64,000 bases of DNA from Schizochytrium sp. TIO01 (lineage: Eukaryota; Protista; Bigyra: Labyrinthulomycetes): assembly GCA_004764695.1 (NCBI GenBank), contig SMSO01000031.1, forward strand, positions 5,246,436 through 5,310,435, in the 5' to 3' direction. The notes under the pieces were generated by a model. That model was not told where the DNA came from. It saw only the letters and a program-made list of their open reading frames with translations, and searched no databases. Numbering within the stretch: the first letter of the stretch is position 1; the number at the start of each line of letters is the position of its first letter. This document shows, piece by piece, positions 37,073-48,514 of the stretch. A program made the position numbers and the translations under genes.

Positions 37073-39301
37073 ATGAGCCGACCGCCCCAGCATCCTCAGC
37101 AGAGACCACGCCAGGTCCTGGGAGAAATTCACGTGCACGAAAGTTCGCAGCATCGCTTGCCTGCAACGACAACTACAGCTAGATCTTCTTCAACATCATC
37201 GTCGTCAATGGGTATATCTTCGGAGAGCATTAGGCACCAAGATGCCATGGGGTCAGCATCGAGCTCCAGCTCTTTGCGGGAACTGGGCGAAGCTAGACAC
37301 CAACAAATGAAGACGAAACGAAAAGCGCTCGAGCGATTATCCCGGAGCCAGATATCCGTGGGCGGCAAGGCTTCTAAACAACCGAGAGCAGTACTTCAAG
37401 ACCTTTCAGTGAACAAACATGCACCTACAGCGACATCAACGAATAGCAGCGGCATGAGGCGTGTAGAAAAAACTGGCAAACGAACCTCGAGTGCCGCTAT
37501 TTACCGCGATGATGCTTATGCGTCCTTCAGACCCACCGCAAATGTAGCAACGTCATCTACTTCAATGTCATCAAAACATGCAAACCAACCATTAGCACTT
37601 GAACGACTCCCTTCGGCAGCCAGCTCTCGCCAGAATAAGAAGCATGAATCACCACTATTGGCACGTGAGTACAACTCCCCAGATCCAGCACAAGAAGACC
37701 CTGTCAATGTGCATGCATCCGGTAGCACTCGAGCCAGTGCTCATAATCACCGCCGTCGATCCATGTCGCAAAGCGCTGAATCTATTCTCAGTGTTCGCAG
37801 CAATTCACCGGCTAGCAACCAACAACTTGATATAGATGGTAGCGAACAGGTGCACAATCAGGACTCTGCTTCTGAGAACTTAGGAAATCTCGATAGAGAA
37901 GAGTGCAGGGGTAAGAAAGATCACCACCAGAAGCCTTCACCAACTCATAAAACCGCTAGCAGAGTCTACCACCCACCGCAGAGCAGCTCTGCGGCGACCT
38001 CGCAGAAACGCATTTCCTCTGAAGTTCGCAATTCTGCTAACAAGCATCAACCCCATGTACACGCTCCCAAACATCCTTCTCATAGTGCACGCACTAAAGA
38101 AACGCAAGAGAAGACATCGCTGCGGCAGAAAACCCACATGACATCTACATCAAGTACCAAGCACTCCTCCAAAACATCGAGCTCTAGTCGGTATCCCGTT
38201 GTCAAGCGGCCTTCCCGTTTAGATCAGATTCGCAACGTTTTGCCTGATGGCGTCGATGACATTGACCAGTATCGTGGAAATGACCCGGCCTATGCCCCAG
38301 AGTATGCCAAAGATGTCCATAAATTTCTTACACAACTTCAGGGCAAGCATAGCGTTGGCCATGACTTTATGGCTCTCATTCAAGGTGGTCGCCACCCTAT
38401 CACGCCTCACAAACGCGCTATGTTGATTGATTGGCTCATTGATGTCAATGAAAACTTTCTTTTCAGCTCTGATACTCTCTACTTGTGTGTGAGATATGTA
38501 GACCTCTTCCTCTCGCGTAAGCGTATCTCTCATGAACACCTTCAGCTTCTCGGCATCGCTTGCTACCATTTAGCTGTAAAATTCCAAGAGTGTGTCAAAC
38601 CTGATTTGCATGGGCTCCTGAAGCTTGCAGATGATGCTTACAGTCCCAAAAAGGTCTTTGAAATGGAAGGCCATGTGGTGAAAGTTCTTGAGTTTCACTT
38701 CATGATTCCAACATCCAAGATGTTTCTCAGACGATTTCAACGCGCTGCACGTGTTACTCAGCTAGAGAAAGCTTTGGGCAACTATGTTCTAGACCTTTCC
38801 CTTGGTTCGTACGATTTGGCCGGTTACCCGCCGTCGCTAGTTGCTGCGGCTTCGGTTTATGTTGCACGGGCCACCTTGTATGCCAGTGATTCTGGTGCTG
38901 TGCTCAAAGAAGCATCCCGCGACCCTCGTCTTCAAGATGATAATGACCTTTGGCATGCGCAACTACGTTACTACTGCGGCTTCAGCTTGGAGCAGATCGC
39001 CGGTGTGGTTCGTAAGTTGCATGAACTCCATCTTTTAGCTAATTCCGCGCAGCTAGATGCTGTTTTCCGCAAACATTCCCGAGAATGCTTTTGCTTTGTA
39101 GCCTCAACTGTACCAGCTTACAAAGGAATGTGTATGCCTAAGGTGACTGAGAAAACTGTGATTCTTAGCTCTAGCCTCTCGGAAATGCCGACAGGCTTGT
39201 TTGACTCGGCTTCCACTCGGGCTGCTACCGAGCCTCGCCGTCGTCGACCTCTTGCTGAGATGAACCCTGCAAGGGCTGCCGCTCGTCGCTCCCTGCACTG
39301 A
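37073..39301 (+). CDS. Mitotic A/B-type cyclin (C-terminal fold resembles plant A-type) with a long disordered N-terminus
   Basis: DPAYAPEYAKDVHKFL precedes the cyclin box KRAMLIDWLIDV...TLYLCVRYVDLFLS...LQLLGIAC..LAVKFQE...EMEGHVVKVLEF. Cyclin_C region PTSKMFLRRFQRAA...YPPSLVAAASVYVARATL. D-box-like RQVLGEI and RAVLQDLSVN. Confidence 0.95.
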   Translation: MSRPPQHPQQRPRQVLGEIHVHESSQHRLPATTTTARSSSTSSSSMGISSESIRHQDAMGSASSSSSLRELGEARHQQMKTKRKALERLSRSQISVGGKASKQPRAVLQDLSVNKHAPTATSTNSSGMRRVEKTGKRTSSAAIYRDDAYASFRPTANVATSSTSMSSKHANQPLALERLPSAASSRQNKKHESPLLAREYNSPDPAQEDPVNVHASGSTRASAHNHRRRSMSQSAESILSVRSNSPASNQQLDIDGSEQVHNQDSASENLGNLDREECRGKKDHHQKPSPTHKTASRVYHPPQSSSAATSQKRISSEVRNSANKHQPHVHAPKHPSHSARTKETQEKTSLRQKTHMTSTSSTKHSSKTSSSSRYPVVKRPSRLDQIRNVLPDGVDDIDQYRGNDPAYAPEYAKDVHKFLTQLQGKHSVGHDFMALIQGGRHPITPHKRAMLIDWLIDVNENFLFSSDTLYLCVRYVDLFLSRKRISHEHLQLLGIACYHLAVKFQECVKPDLHGLLKLADDAYSPKKVFEMEGHVVKVLEFHFMIPTSKMFLRRFQRAARVTQLEKALGNYVLDLSLGSYDLAGYPPSLVAAASVYVARATLYASDSGAVLKEASRDPRLQDDNDLWHAQLRYYCGFSLEQIAGVVRKLHELHLLANSAQLDAVFRKHSRECFCFVASTVPAYKGMCMPKVTEKTVILSSSLSEMPTGLFDSASTRAATEPRRRRPLAEMNPARAAARRSLH

Positions 39302-39559
39302 ATTTTGTAGCTCTAAACCAAGAAAATTAAAAATAACAGAAAATTTTATCATTTGTTAGCTTTTTTCGTCAGATGGACTAACTAGTACTTACACGTTTCA
39401 TCTGCTTTCCATGCTATGTTCGCCTTGAATAAATCCGGGTTTAGAACGTGAACGTGTGTAGAAATGTCGGCTACCACTGTCGTCACACACGTGAAAACAA
39501 AACCAGCTTTCATCCGACTGATGATTCCTGACATTGTTTTCTCGTCTTAAGCTGTCACT

Positions 39560-40810
39560 TTGAGCCAAACCCGATGGTGTGTTTGTCTCTTTGCCTCTAT
39601 CGTGAGTGGCACTTGAAGACTTGGGGCGGTTTCGGGAAGGGAATCCACCGTCTCAACCATCCTCAACGGGGTCCCTATCTCTCCTCTCCCGTTGATTATT
39701 CAGTCGAACAACCTGCGCAAGCTCGTAGTAAGCACTATCCTGTTATTGTTGCTATCATCTGTGGAATCAGCCAAGCCCGCCTTGTGACGTTTCTTCAACT
39801 CATTGTCGCTAACCAAATATGCTTTCTTTAAGTCGAGCTCCAGCAGTAGCAATTCAGTCATCTCGATGCTCTGTAACCACGTTATCACATCCTTGGGCTC
39901 TGGGTTGGTCACCTGCTCACTCAAGATCTGCGAGGAAGAAAGTGAATCTTCGTGTTATAATCTATCCGCGTGACCCCTGTGGTACGAAATGATCCGTCCA
40001 GCAATTGAGCATCTGAGACCTCCAATATGTCGACTATACGCTCATGATCCATAAGTTTGTTTCCGAAGCACTATCCTGGCTCCGCACCGTAAAACAAGAT
40101 ACGAAAGTGAAGGTCATTTTCTTCGTATCAGATGCAGTCTTTCAATATATCCTTTCGATCCGGTTCCACAAACGAGGACGAAACAGATGCGATCGCACCA
40201 GACTGTGACGAACCCACCACCGCAAGCCCCGGCCCCGCCTCCTCTGATGCCGTGGCGTACCAAATTCGCGGATGCCGGTCAACTGCTTGCTCCCTTTGAT
40301 GTGACCCTGCACTTGCCACAGCTGTGGACGACGTCTAACCTCGGTGACGGCTTCCTTCTGTGCTCCCCGGTAATACAAACTGCCATCTATTTGGTTGTGC
40401 AGAGCGTCCTTTTCCTGACAAAGCTCGAAGCGCTCCTTTTCAAGGGAATTGTAATATGCCTCTGCCGACCCAAGTCTTTTCTGTTGGAAAGCGTTGAAAT
40501 TGTTGAAGGAATCACCGTTCGTATAATCCAAACACTCCATCTTGGCCTCTACCTCAGCGAAAATTTTCTGGACGCGCTCAAGCTCTTCTTTTTGGCGCTC
40601 TACCATTTCGTCTGCTGCAGCTAGCTTAGCCAGCTCGATGGCTTCGTTCCCGTCCTCCACTCTGGACAAGCGTATGCGTCTGATGCTGCCGCCGTCGTCA
40701 CCACCATCCTTTCTTTCACTCCGATGGGCTGCTGCTCTATCACGCGTACTGCACTTGCTCTGAGGGATTGGTGCCAATATGGAATTGCCTGAATCGGCGG
40801 CACAGCTCAA
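39560..40810 (-). pseudogene. Probable decayed gene: coiled-coil segment followed, after stops and frameshifts, by a SAM-domain-like fragment
   Basis: ORF 40142-40810 has no ATG at its start and a heptad-like stretch (ELAKLAAADEMVERQKEELERVQKIFAEVEAK). Downstream frames are broken by stops. Fragment VTNPEPKDVITWLQSIEM (about 39860-39915) resembles a SAM-domain N-terminus (W...DV..WL.SIGL). Confidence 0.35.
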
Positions 40811-41422
40811 GTTAGCTTAGGTCCCGAGAGCGCGAAGACTTCTTAGCAACAATTTCCCCCATTCGTTTTGGATGTAATAGTACACACCCTAGCGTAGCCT
40901 ATCTTTCGATCGATCATGTTAGCTCCTAATACTCGTGCTCTTAGTCGAATACTATTGTTTAACATATCAAATCACAGCGCATCCCATTTTGGCCAAGAGA
41001 CACGCAAATTAATATGCAAACTCAGGTTTTCTTACATACACAAGGGTGTTGCCTAATAGTTTGTTGTTTTTGGCAATGCATGAAAGAACACTAGGGGACG
41101 TACCTGACCTCGCTAAGATGGGTTCTACATACGTTGAACGTATTCCGTTCATTTTCAGAGTCTCCAAATGATCCCTTGATAACTAAGTGCCTAGCCGAAG
41201 CGGGGTTGCTGATTGAAACAGACAGACGAAAACGATAGGCAATGCGAAAAAGAAGATTATCAAGAAACAGAAAATGACTGAACTAAACAGAACGATAGTG
41301 AAATGCGTGATTTCTTTCAGAAGCACGGATTTATTTCCAAGCCCGGAAATAACAACGGTAATGAAAATGATGATGGCGGCAAGAATTTAACCAGAGACGC
41401 CCCGCAGCAGTGCCAACGTACC

Positions 41423-41427
<5 letters not shown>

Positions 41428-41488
<61 letters not shown>
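41428..41488 (+). repeat. (CT)n microsatellite
   Basis: Directly visible. Confidence 0.97.
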
Positions 41489-41490
<2 letters not shown>

Positions 41491-41779
41491 CCTTCTTTCC
41501 ATACAGAGAGCTGGCTGGCTAGAAGGCGTGTATTTGCGAAGGAGTCAGCTAGATTCTCCGCTTCTATTTCATACAGCCATGACCAGGGCTAGCTGGTCCA
41601 TGGTATCGCTTGACTGCAGGGTCTCTTTCTTTGAAAGCATTCCAAGCAGTCACGCCTATTGAGCCAGCAGGACACAGGCCACACCCTCGCTTCCCAATGG
41701 CCAGGAAATGGAGCACCGTTGCCCATTGTGACGTGCTTTTCTTCTATCTCCTGTTGGACACCCCCCAACCGTTGGCAGT

Positions 41780-42120
41780 TAGTTACTTGGTCTCTTGGAC
41801 AACCACTGCTGCCGACCTTGCATCCGTTCAGGTGCTTCCCCTGGGCGCCCCATGGTGAACGATGTCCATCCCAACCGAGGCGAAGCCCACCCATCTCGCA
41901 CGCAGTCGGCCAAGCGACTGCACAAGGCATCGCATCGCTTCCGTGCCACCCAAGGACACCCGCCGTTCATTCGTCCAATCAGGCCTCAACATCTCCCGTA
42001 CTTCGTCGCAAGTGTCGAAGCGCGTGGGACCTCGTGAGGTCTCGTTCTGCGAAGGAAAGAAAAGTGCCGTCTGGGGGGCGCTATCGCATGGCCACTCGCG
42101 CATGCGGCGGCAGCGAAGCG
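41780..42120 (-). pseudogene. Degenerate ankyrin-repeat (GCPW-type) coding remnant
   Basis: Minus-strand translations across frames give FAAAACASGH, ATKYG/GDVEA..RMNGGCPW and AQGKHL..SSGCPRDQVT, resembling AA.GGHLEVLQW.R.NGCPWDE.T. Interrupted by stops and frameshifts. Confidence 0.35.
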
Positions 42121-43242
42121 GAAAGCGAACTTTGCGTTGGAACCCATTCGTGCGAATGAATACGTATGAATGAGATGAGAACAGCACCATATTACATTTT
42201 GCGATTTTGCGGCTGATACAAGCTTAGCATGGCCTTCACACTCTCACAGAAGAAGTAGATACACCATACATACATACATACATACATACAAACATACACA
42301 CGTACACCTTCGGCGCGCGCCTCGCGGCGGTCTGGCAAGAGCGCAACTCTGTGGCCCAGGCGGCGAGGCGCGACGGACGCCTTGCTGGAGAACCTCCCCT
42401 GGCGCGGCACGAGCTGACGAGTTCTGCATCGTGCGGGATGGAGGATGGACTGCCTGTTAGCACAGCACAGCGCAGCGCAGCACATGACGGAGAGAGGGTA
42501 CGTGCTTTTGACACGCCGGCCTTCACAGGCAGAACGGCGGTAGGCCCGCAAGCAGGGCGGCAGGCGCCGGGCTCCGACGCCCGCGACCCTCTCCGTCTCT
42601 GGAGGTGCCTGTGAAGTAGAAGCTGCCTGCCTGCCTGCGATCGATCGATCATCATCATCTAATTAACGAAGTAAGTTGTGCCTCCCAAGGGTAACATAAT
42701 TATGAGTTTCTCTCCTACAGCGAACGCTTCAAGAGCGCCTCCTCCTTCCACGCCAGCGACCCGGCGTCCGAGGAAACCGAGCCACGCCGCCTTCTGCATG
42801 CCGCCCGCAAGCCTCTCGCAAGGCCTGCATCCCGAGCTGTTCCTCCGGAGGGCTTCTTCGAGCGTGCATCCTCAATCAATCTCAGTCGATCTCTTTGTCT
42901 AACCCATGAATGAATGAATGAACGAACCAACTTACTTTATAAAGCGAGGTCACCGGTGACCCTTTTACACAGAGTGTGCACTCACTGTGGGGAAACCCGC
43001 AGCCCGCCCGGAACCGAGCCTGGGCGAGTGAGAATAAATAAATAAATAAGTGCTTCTGCTTTGCTTTGCGCCCAGCCACCAGGACCTCAACGACTGCACG
43101 CAGGAAGGAGAGAAGGCCGCGGCGAAGCTAGCTGGCTGTGTTGGAGCGGCGAGGCAGAACTCCAGAGCAGATTGGAGCTGGGGTCTCCGGGTGTTCTGGA
43201 GCACAGCAGGCGTGGAGCTGTCTGTTTCTTGAAGCGATTGCT

Positions 43243-43274
43243 TGAGTGAGTGAGTGAGTGAGTGAGTGAGTGAG
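43243..43274 (+). repeat. (GAGT)n microsatellite
   Basis: Directly visible. Confidence 0.9.
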
Positions 43275-43753
43275 TTCTCTGAATGAATCGGTCTTTCACT
43301 GAGTAGACTCGCGGCAGCAAAACAAAAGAAGAAGAAAAGAGAGCAAGACATTCTTGTTCTGCTTGCGCGGCTTGTTGGTCTGAAGAACATCAACAGATCC
43401 AGTGACGTCCGTAGTTGCAGATCGCCGAGACAGGATCAGCTTCGTGGACCAGAGAGGCGTCGGCGGGCAGAGAGCGCAGAGCGATTGCTCGTTTTGGGGG
43501 GGGGGTGGCTTTCTTTACAAAGAAAGGGCTGATTCGTTGATGGACTCTGAGGAAAACACGGTTTCTGGCCACAAGAGCAACGGCAGCCCGCCTGAAGAGG
43601 CGTGGCTAGCCGCAAGAACTGAGGAAGGCGTGAACATCGACAGAATTCCGTTGTAAGAAGCTAGCTACCAGGTAGTGGTAGCGTCAAGCAAACGGAGGTA
43701 TTTACCCAAACGTTTGCATAGAAATATTCCATTGTTACCCTTGGAGGGAAAAG

Positions 43754-45022
43754 ATGAAACATATTGTGATCACGACCCGGTCATCATGCCCGTTTCCATA
43801 TACCTATGAAGGAAATATACTTGCTGAATGGTTGGAGGATAGCAATCGTTACTTCCCGCCAAGTTTTTGCACACAGACTTTTGCGCATTACCTAGGTGCA
43901 CCATGGTACTCATTTCAGATTGTCACAGGATTCATCACAGTGCTTTTGTTGACCATTTTCCTATCGAGACTGATCACCATGTGGGCATACACTACGCTCT
44001 GGCGAGTGCCTCTACTTGCCACGATTCAAGGGCGCTTGTTTTTCATCGGCACCATTGTCTCTTCTATTATTGCGATTGGGCTCATCGACCCTCTTGGTCT
44101 ACGCGCTATACTCCCCCCTGTATTCTATCTCCTCCTGGACGAAGTTGTCTCGGCGCTGCTGTTTACTATGGCACTTATGATTGTAGACTTCTGGGCTTCG
44201 GCTGCTAAAGGTGTTCGTGCGCACAATTCGGGACTTCCTCGCGCCGCATTTTTCTCGTTGGTAGTCCTAAGCTTTGTTAATTTCCTTGGTTTACAACTCG
44301 TGGGCCTTTTTGTACCTCAAAAATACTATGATTTTGTGGCATATAAAATGTTCGCTGGAGCAGCAATCCTTTTAGTCATGGCAGTGGTGACACGGAAGAA
44401 TGTAAACTACGTTAAAATGACGCTGCTCAGTGTACAACAAGATCGCAGTGTGCGCATCATGTCTGGGTCCATTCATACTGATACATCAGAGGGCGGCCTA
44501 TCTATCCGAAGTTTTGCAAAACTGTATCAAAATTTGCGAATGCACGCGAAAGACTCCCGAGAGCGTGTCGACCTTGCACGACGTATCGTTGCTCAGCTGG
44601 AAGCTAAAAACCGCAAGTTCTTTGCTATAATTGGTCTCACTGGTGTCGTTTTTATTACATATGGAGTTCTTTGTGTGATACGTCCGCCTGAGTTGAAGAC
44701 ACTTGGATTCCGCATCAACAAAGCTGAGGTATACATTACTCTGGTGGTCTTGCGCTTTGTGTACTTAGCTGTTCTATTGCTTGTTTTGCACTTTTTCCAA
44801 GTACCTTCGACGCGAAGTATTGTTTCTCGGCCAAAACCACGCGCGACCACGGAGTCTCTCTTCATGAATGATAATAGTAAGTCTTTTCATGTATACACTG
44901 GTGGTTCAGTGAATCCGCATACTACTCGTACAAAGGAGCGTAAAGAGCGTATTCTGTCTGAACAGACTAGATCGGAAAATCCTGTTTCTGAGCATGGAGA
45001 TGTAGTATTAAGTGTCATGTAA
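43754..45022 (+). CDS. Seven-transmembrane membrane protein (GPCR-like topology; possibly THH1/TOM1/TOM3- or GPR137-like)
   Basis: 422 aa with seven hydrophobic segments, IDPLG at the end of TM2, FW at the end of TM3, a long basic third intracellular loop and an S/T-rich C-tail. Family assignment is by resemblance only. Confidence 0.75.
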   Translation: MKHIVITTRSSCPFPYTYEGNILAEWLEDSNRYFPPSFCTQTFAHYLGAPWYSFQIVTGFITVLLLTIFLSRLITMWAYTTLWRVPLLATIQGRLFFIGTIVSSIIAIGLIDPLGLRAILPPVFYLLLDEVVSALLFTMALMIVDFWASAAKGVRAHNSGLPRAAFFSLVVLSFVNFLGLQLVGLFVPQKYYDFVAYKMFAGAAILLVMAVVTRKNVNYVKMTLLSVQQDRSVRIMSGSIHTDTSEGGLSIRSFAKLYQNLRMHAKDSRERVDLARRIVAQLEAKNRKFFAIIGLTGVVFITYGVLCVIRPPELKTLGFRINKAEVYITLVVLRFVYLAVLLLVLHFFQVPSTRSIVSRPKPRATTESLFMNDNSKSFHVYTGGSVNPHTTRTKERKERILSEQTRSENPVSEHGDVVLSVM

Positions 45023-46553
45023 TCCCACGCGACTAATAGTTCACCTTGTCTAATAGTGAGGTGTACAATGTAACATACAAGAAGCTCCTAAAGACGCCAA
45101 TAAAAAGTCAGGTTTTTCTTGCTTTGACAATAGTCCCAACATTCACTAAGAAAGTGGATTTTTCTTTTATACAAATGCTTCATTTTTAGCCGTCTTTTCT
45201 CGTCTCCCTCCCCCCTCTGTATGTCTTATGTTGCATATCAAAACATACAATTGATGTGGTACATCACTAATACCACTTTCATCAGCACAACACTGCTCTT
45301 GTAGCCAACGGCCTATGAACAAACTCTGTTGAACTACAAACTGGGCTCTGATCCAAAATTTGTAGCTTACGGCATGTATACTGCTTGCACATGTGAATTG
45401 CCTTCCAAACCTTGAATCGACACCTCTTCGGGCTTTCTTTATCACCGGTAATCAGAAGTAGACGCAAGTTGTGAGTGAACGTTTGTCACATATTTTCAGT
45501 TTCTCATAGAAGGATTTCCTCACGCAGTTATGAGATAGCACTTTCTACAGCGGCAATTTTATAATGACAAACCTTAAACTGGCTCCATCATAATGCAAGA
45601 TCAAGGCTACAACTTTCGAATTTGCACAAACATGGAGATGCGCGCCAAGGCTGTCTAAACTCATCAGTTTCCTTCTTAAGTTCCACAACGATTAGAATGC
45701 TGCTTGCATTATTCTAATTGTTCGTATATGTTGCAAATATGTGAAAGTGGGTCAACTTCTTTCAATCAACACTCTGGGTTAGTCGAACCTCCTTTTGTTT
45801 GAGGCCTCTCCTCTGTCACCCTAACTCCGTTTTCGTAGTTAATGTTATCGACGATAAATGTATTGGTTACTATTATCAGGTACACAAGAAAAGTTAGGCA
45901 TGTTTAAAAAGCTTCAGCAGCTGTTCTAGCGGATGACAAACCTATTTCTACCCCATCTCTGAAACGAGACAACGTCGGAAAGCAATAAATCATAGTTTAT
46001 TTCATTTTCATTTTCATTTTTTTTGTTCTTAGATTTGAGAAGAAAGCTGGCGAGAAGGAATGAAGAGGAGAATGGACTGTAAGGGAAAGAAACACAGATC
46101 ACAAAACCCACAGTCAATTACTCTTGTTTGTTTTGTTTTGTTTAGTATAGTTTTTAGTTTTTTTTTTTCGGGGGGAAAGGGAGGTCAAAAAGGAGGGGCA
46201 CGGCATCATATTGCGGTCCCGCCTTTGCAAACATACAATAAAAAATGAAAGCAACCATCAGGTTGGAGATTCTATCATCATCAGCATGAATTCAATGCTT
46301 CAGAGTAGCTTCTTGTATCAAAAGAGTACTCCTCTAAGTCAGCGAGTAAAAATTCAAAAAGCCTTCATGAGACACTGCTAATACAAGCTACGTCTGATAG
46401 GAGAGGGTGCAGCAGCAACGGTGTTGTCTCCACGTGTTTTCTTTGGGAGGGCAACAAATGTTAAAACGTATATTGCCTGGACATGATGATGGCCACACCC
46501 AAAGTAGCAAGATGATGCACGTGCAACAAACAATACAGCAAGATTTTGGTGGT

Positions 46554-47330
46554 TTAATTTGAAGTGCCGTGGATCTCATTGAGATGCTTCTTGACTTCGG
46601 TGTAGGCTGTCATAGCACAACCATTAGCAATAAAGGAGCGAGCGAGGCCAGGGACAATTCCGCGAAAGACTTTACCACTACGGAAAACTTCATAAATCAG
46701 TGACATGTTCGACCTTCCTTCGTAGAGACCAGACTGAGCAGCACTCTTGGCAACGTCAAGAGGCCAAATGGTGATCCACGCCAAGTTTGAGCAGATTGCG
46801 CCGGTCAGAAAGGAGCCAAGTTGGCCATCGGGGAAGAGCTGCTTGCTGAAATCAATATAAGTGACGAAACCGCAAAAGAGGCCAGCGTTGCGCATAAGGG
46901 TCACCGACGAACCCTTGAAAATCTCTGCAAAGCGCCATGGCTCGTCCAGCTGACGACGCACCTTGACGAACTCAAAAGGTTGTTCCACGAGACCGCGACC
47001 AATGCCGCCACAAAGACCAGCAAGAGCGACCTGGTAGTCAAAGAAGCCAATGCGAGGTTGTTTACCAAAATTGTCGTGAATTACAGTAAGTGCGCTGGAG
47101 TAAACACCAAACTGTGCCGAGCGAAACATCGTACCACCAAAGAAAACAGGGGCACTACCTCTATAAAATCCTCGGATGCCTTCAGTGGCAAAAAGAGAGC
47201 GAGCCTCGCCAAGCATTCCCAACTTGCTCCGCACTTGGCCACGAGTCTTGAGCGTCTCCAAAGGCTGGCCAGTGAGCACAGAAACCGTGCCGTATACCGC
47301 TCCGGCGGCGAATTCAATTGCAACGTCCAT
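46554..47330 (-). CDS. Mitochondrial carrier family (SLC25) protein, compact form
   Basis: Three Px[DE]xxK signature motifs (PLETLKTR, PFEFVKVR, PLDVAKS) and EGIRGFYRG / IFKG / VFRG loop motifs. 258 aa. Confidence 0.93.
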   Translation of the reverse strand: MDVAIEFAAGAVYGTVSVLTGQPLETLKTRGQVRSKLGMLGEARSLFATEGIRGFYRGSAPVFFGGTMFRSAQFGVYSSALTVIHDNFGKQPRIGFFDYQVALAGLCGGIGRGLVEQPFEFVKVRRQLDEPWRFAEIFKGSSVTLMRNAGLFCGFVTYIDFSKQLFPDGQLGSFLTGAICSNLAWITIWPLDVAKSAAQSGLYEGRSNMSLIYEVFRSGKVFRGIVPGLARSFIANGCAMTAYTEVKKHLNEIHGTSN

Positions 47331-48514
47331 GGTGTCTTCTTTCTATGTACTGTTTTCTTCAATTATGTCAAAGTACAAAGTCAGTTTTCTTGAGCAATTA
47401 ATCAGTCTCTGCAAGCAAGGCACCTATTTTAATGCAATGTGGGAATCTCGCAAGTCTTTGATCTTCCAAGCCAAATATCTGTCCGAGAACCTTCAAGCTG
47501 TACTCTATTTAGCAAGTAACCCCAAAGAAGATGTCTTACGTGGAAAAGGAGGCACACCTGAGCAAGAGAGGCTCAATCTCAGGTTTCCTCGCTTCCCGAT
47601 GCTGTGCCGCGATCCCGAGACCGGAATCAGTCGGACTGCCCTCGAAATCGCAAAGCTCTCCAGTCAAACGTACCTCCACGCTCCAGGCGAGTTGTGCAAA
47701 ACCCCCAAACTGACTCTGGTGGCAATCTGGCCGAATCTGCAAGCAAGCAAGCTCGCTGCCTCGTTCTGGGTTTGGTCTGCACGCTCTACGTGCAATCCAC
47801 GGCTTTTACATCACAATTGGCGCTTCTGTTCTTTCTAACATGAGTATTATGAGTGAAAAAACAAAACAAAAAAAACAATGATTATTATGTGGGTGACTAG
47901 TGCTCTCGCTCTACTCTTACCGTAGCGCGTAGTGGCGGCAAGAATAAATGATTTATTGATCGATTGTGTAAGAAAATAACTCCCATCGATGAATCAAATC
48001 AATCATCGAATCAATCAACGCTGTTTCTGGTACGCACCAGTTCTTGTCGTCGCGTTTCTAACAAATCACTGTGCAAGTTTTGCAGCATATGGGGCGAGCG
48101 AGTTTACTACCTATGGCGAGGGAAACGAGGCGTTTTCGAGTGGAGTTGAGAAATTCTAGCACCATAATTTAACTCTTTCTCAGTATGACAAGTGGGCCAT
48201 GAAAATCGATCTCGAGGATCCAAATTCGAGGTTTTACCAGACCTGATGAAGCTGGCGGTCATCTAATCAGATTCTGCTCCTTCTCGTGCTACCGACCTCG
48301 AAACCTCGCCTTCTTGGCTGTGAATCTGCGATTGGTCGATTGTGCAAAGGGATTGAACCATTGCTAATAGCTGATGAAAACAGTGTGCTTTTTGTTGGTT
48401 TGCGGCTACTGCCAAATACGATTCGCGGGCGCGACTTCAGAAGGACTTCTGTTTGAGATTCTTTCTTTTGTGAAGGTCACTGCGCTAGCGTTGGGCTCAC
48501 CAACGAGCTGAGAC

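Noticed and set aside
36586-37182. 198-aa ORF (ATG at 36625) overlapping the cyclin start out of frame, a possible uORF
   Set aside because: Composition looks like GC-rich promoter or leader DNA, and the TSS is unknown and may lie downstream of the ATG.
39400-42200. Possible LTR/DIRS retrotransposon remnant
   Set aside because: No gag zinc knuckle, RT (YxDD), RNase H, integrase or recombinase motifs, and no terminal repeats were found.
46821-47843. Plus-strand ORFs of 190 and 220 aa overlapping the carrier gene, and a possible 5'-UTR intron (GTACGT at 47673 on the minus strand)
   Set aside because: The ORFs are antisense to or upstream of a clear gene and lack recognisable motifs. The intron cannot be supported without transcripts.
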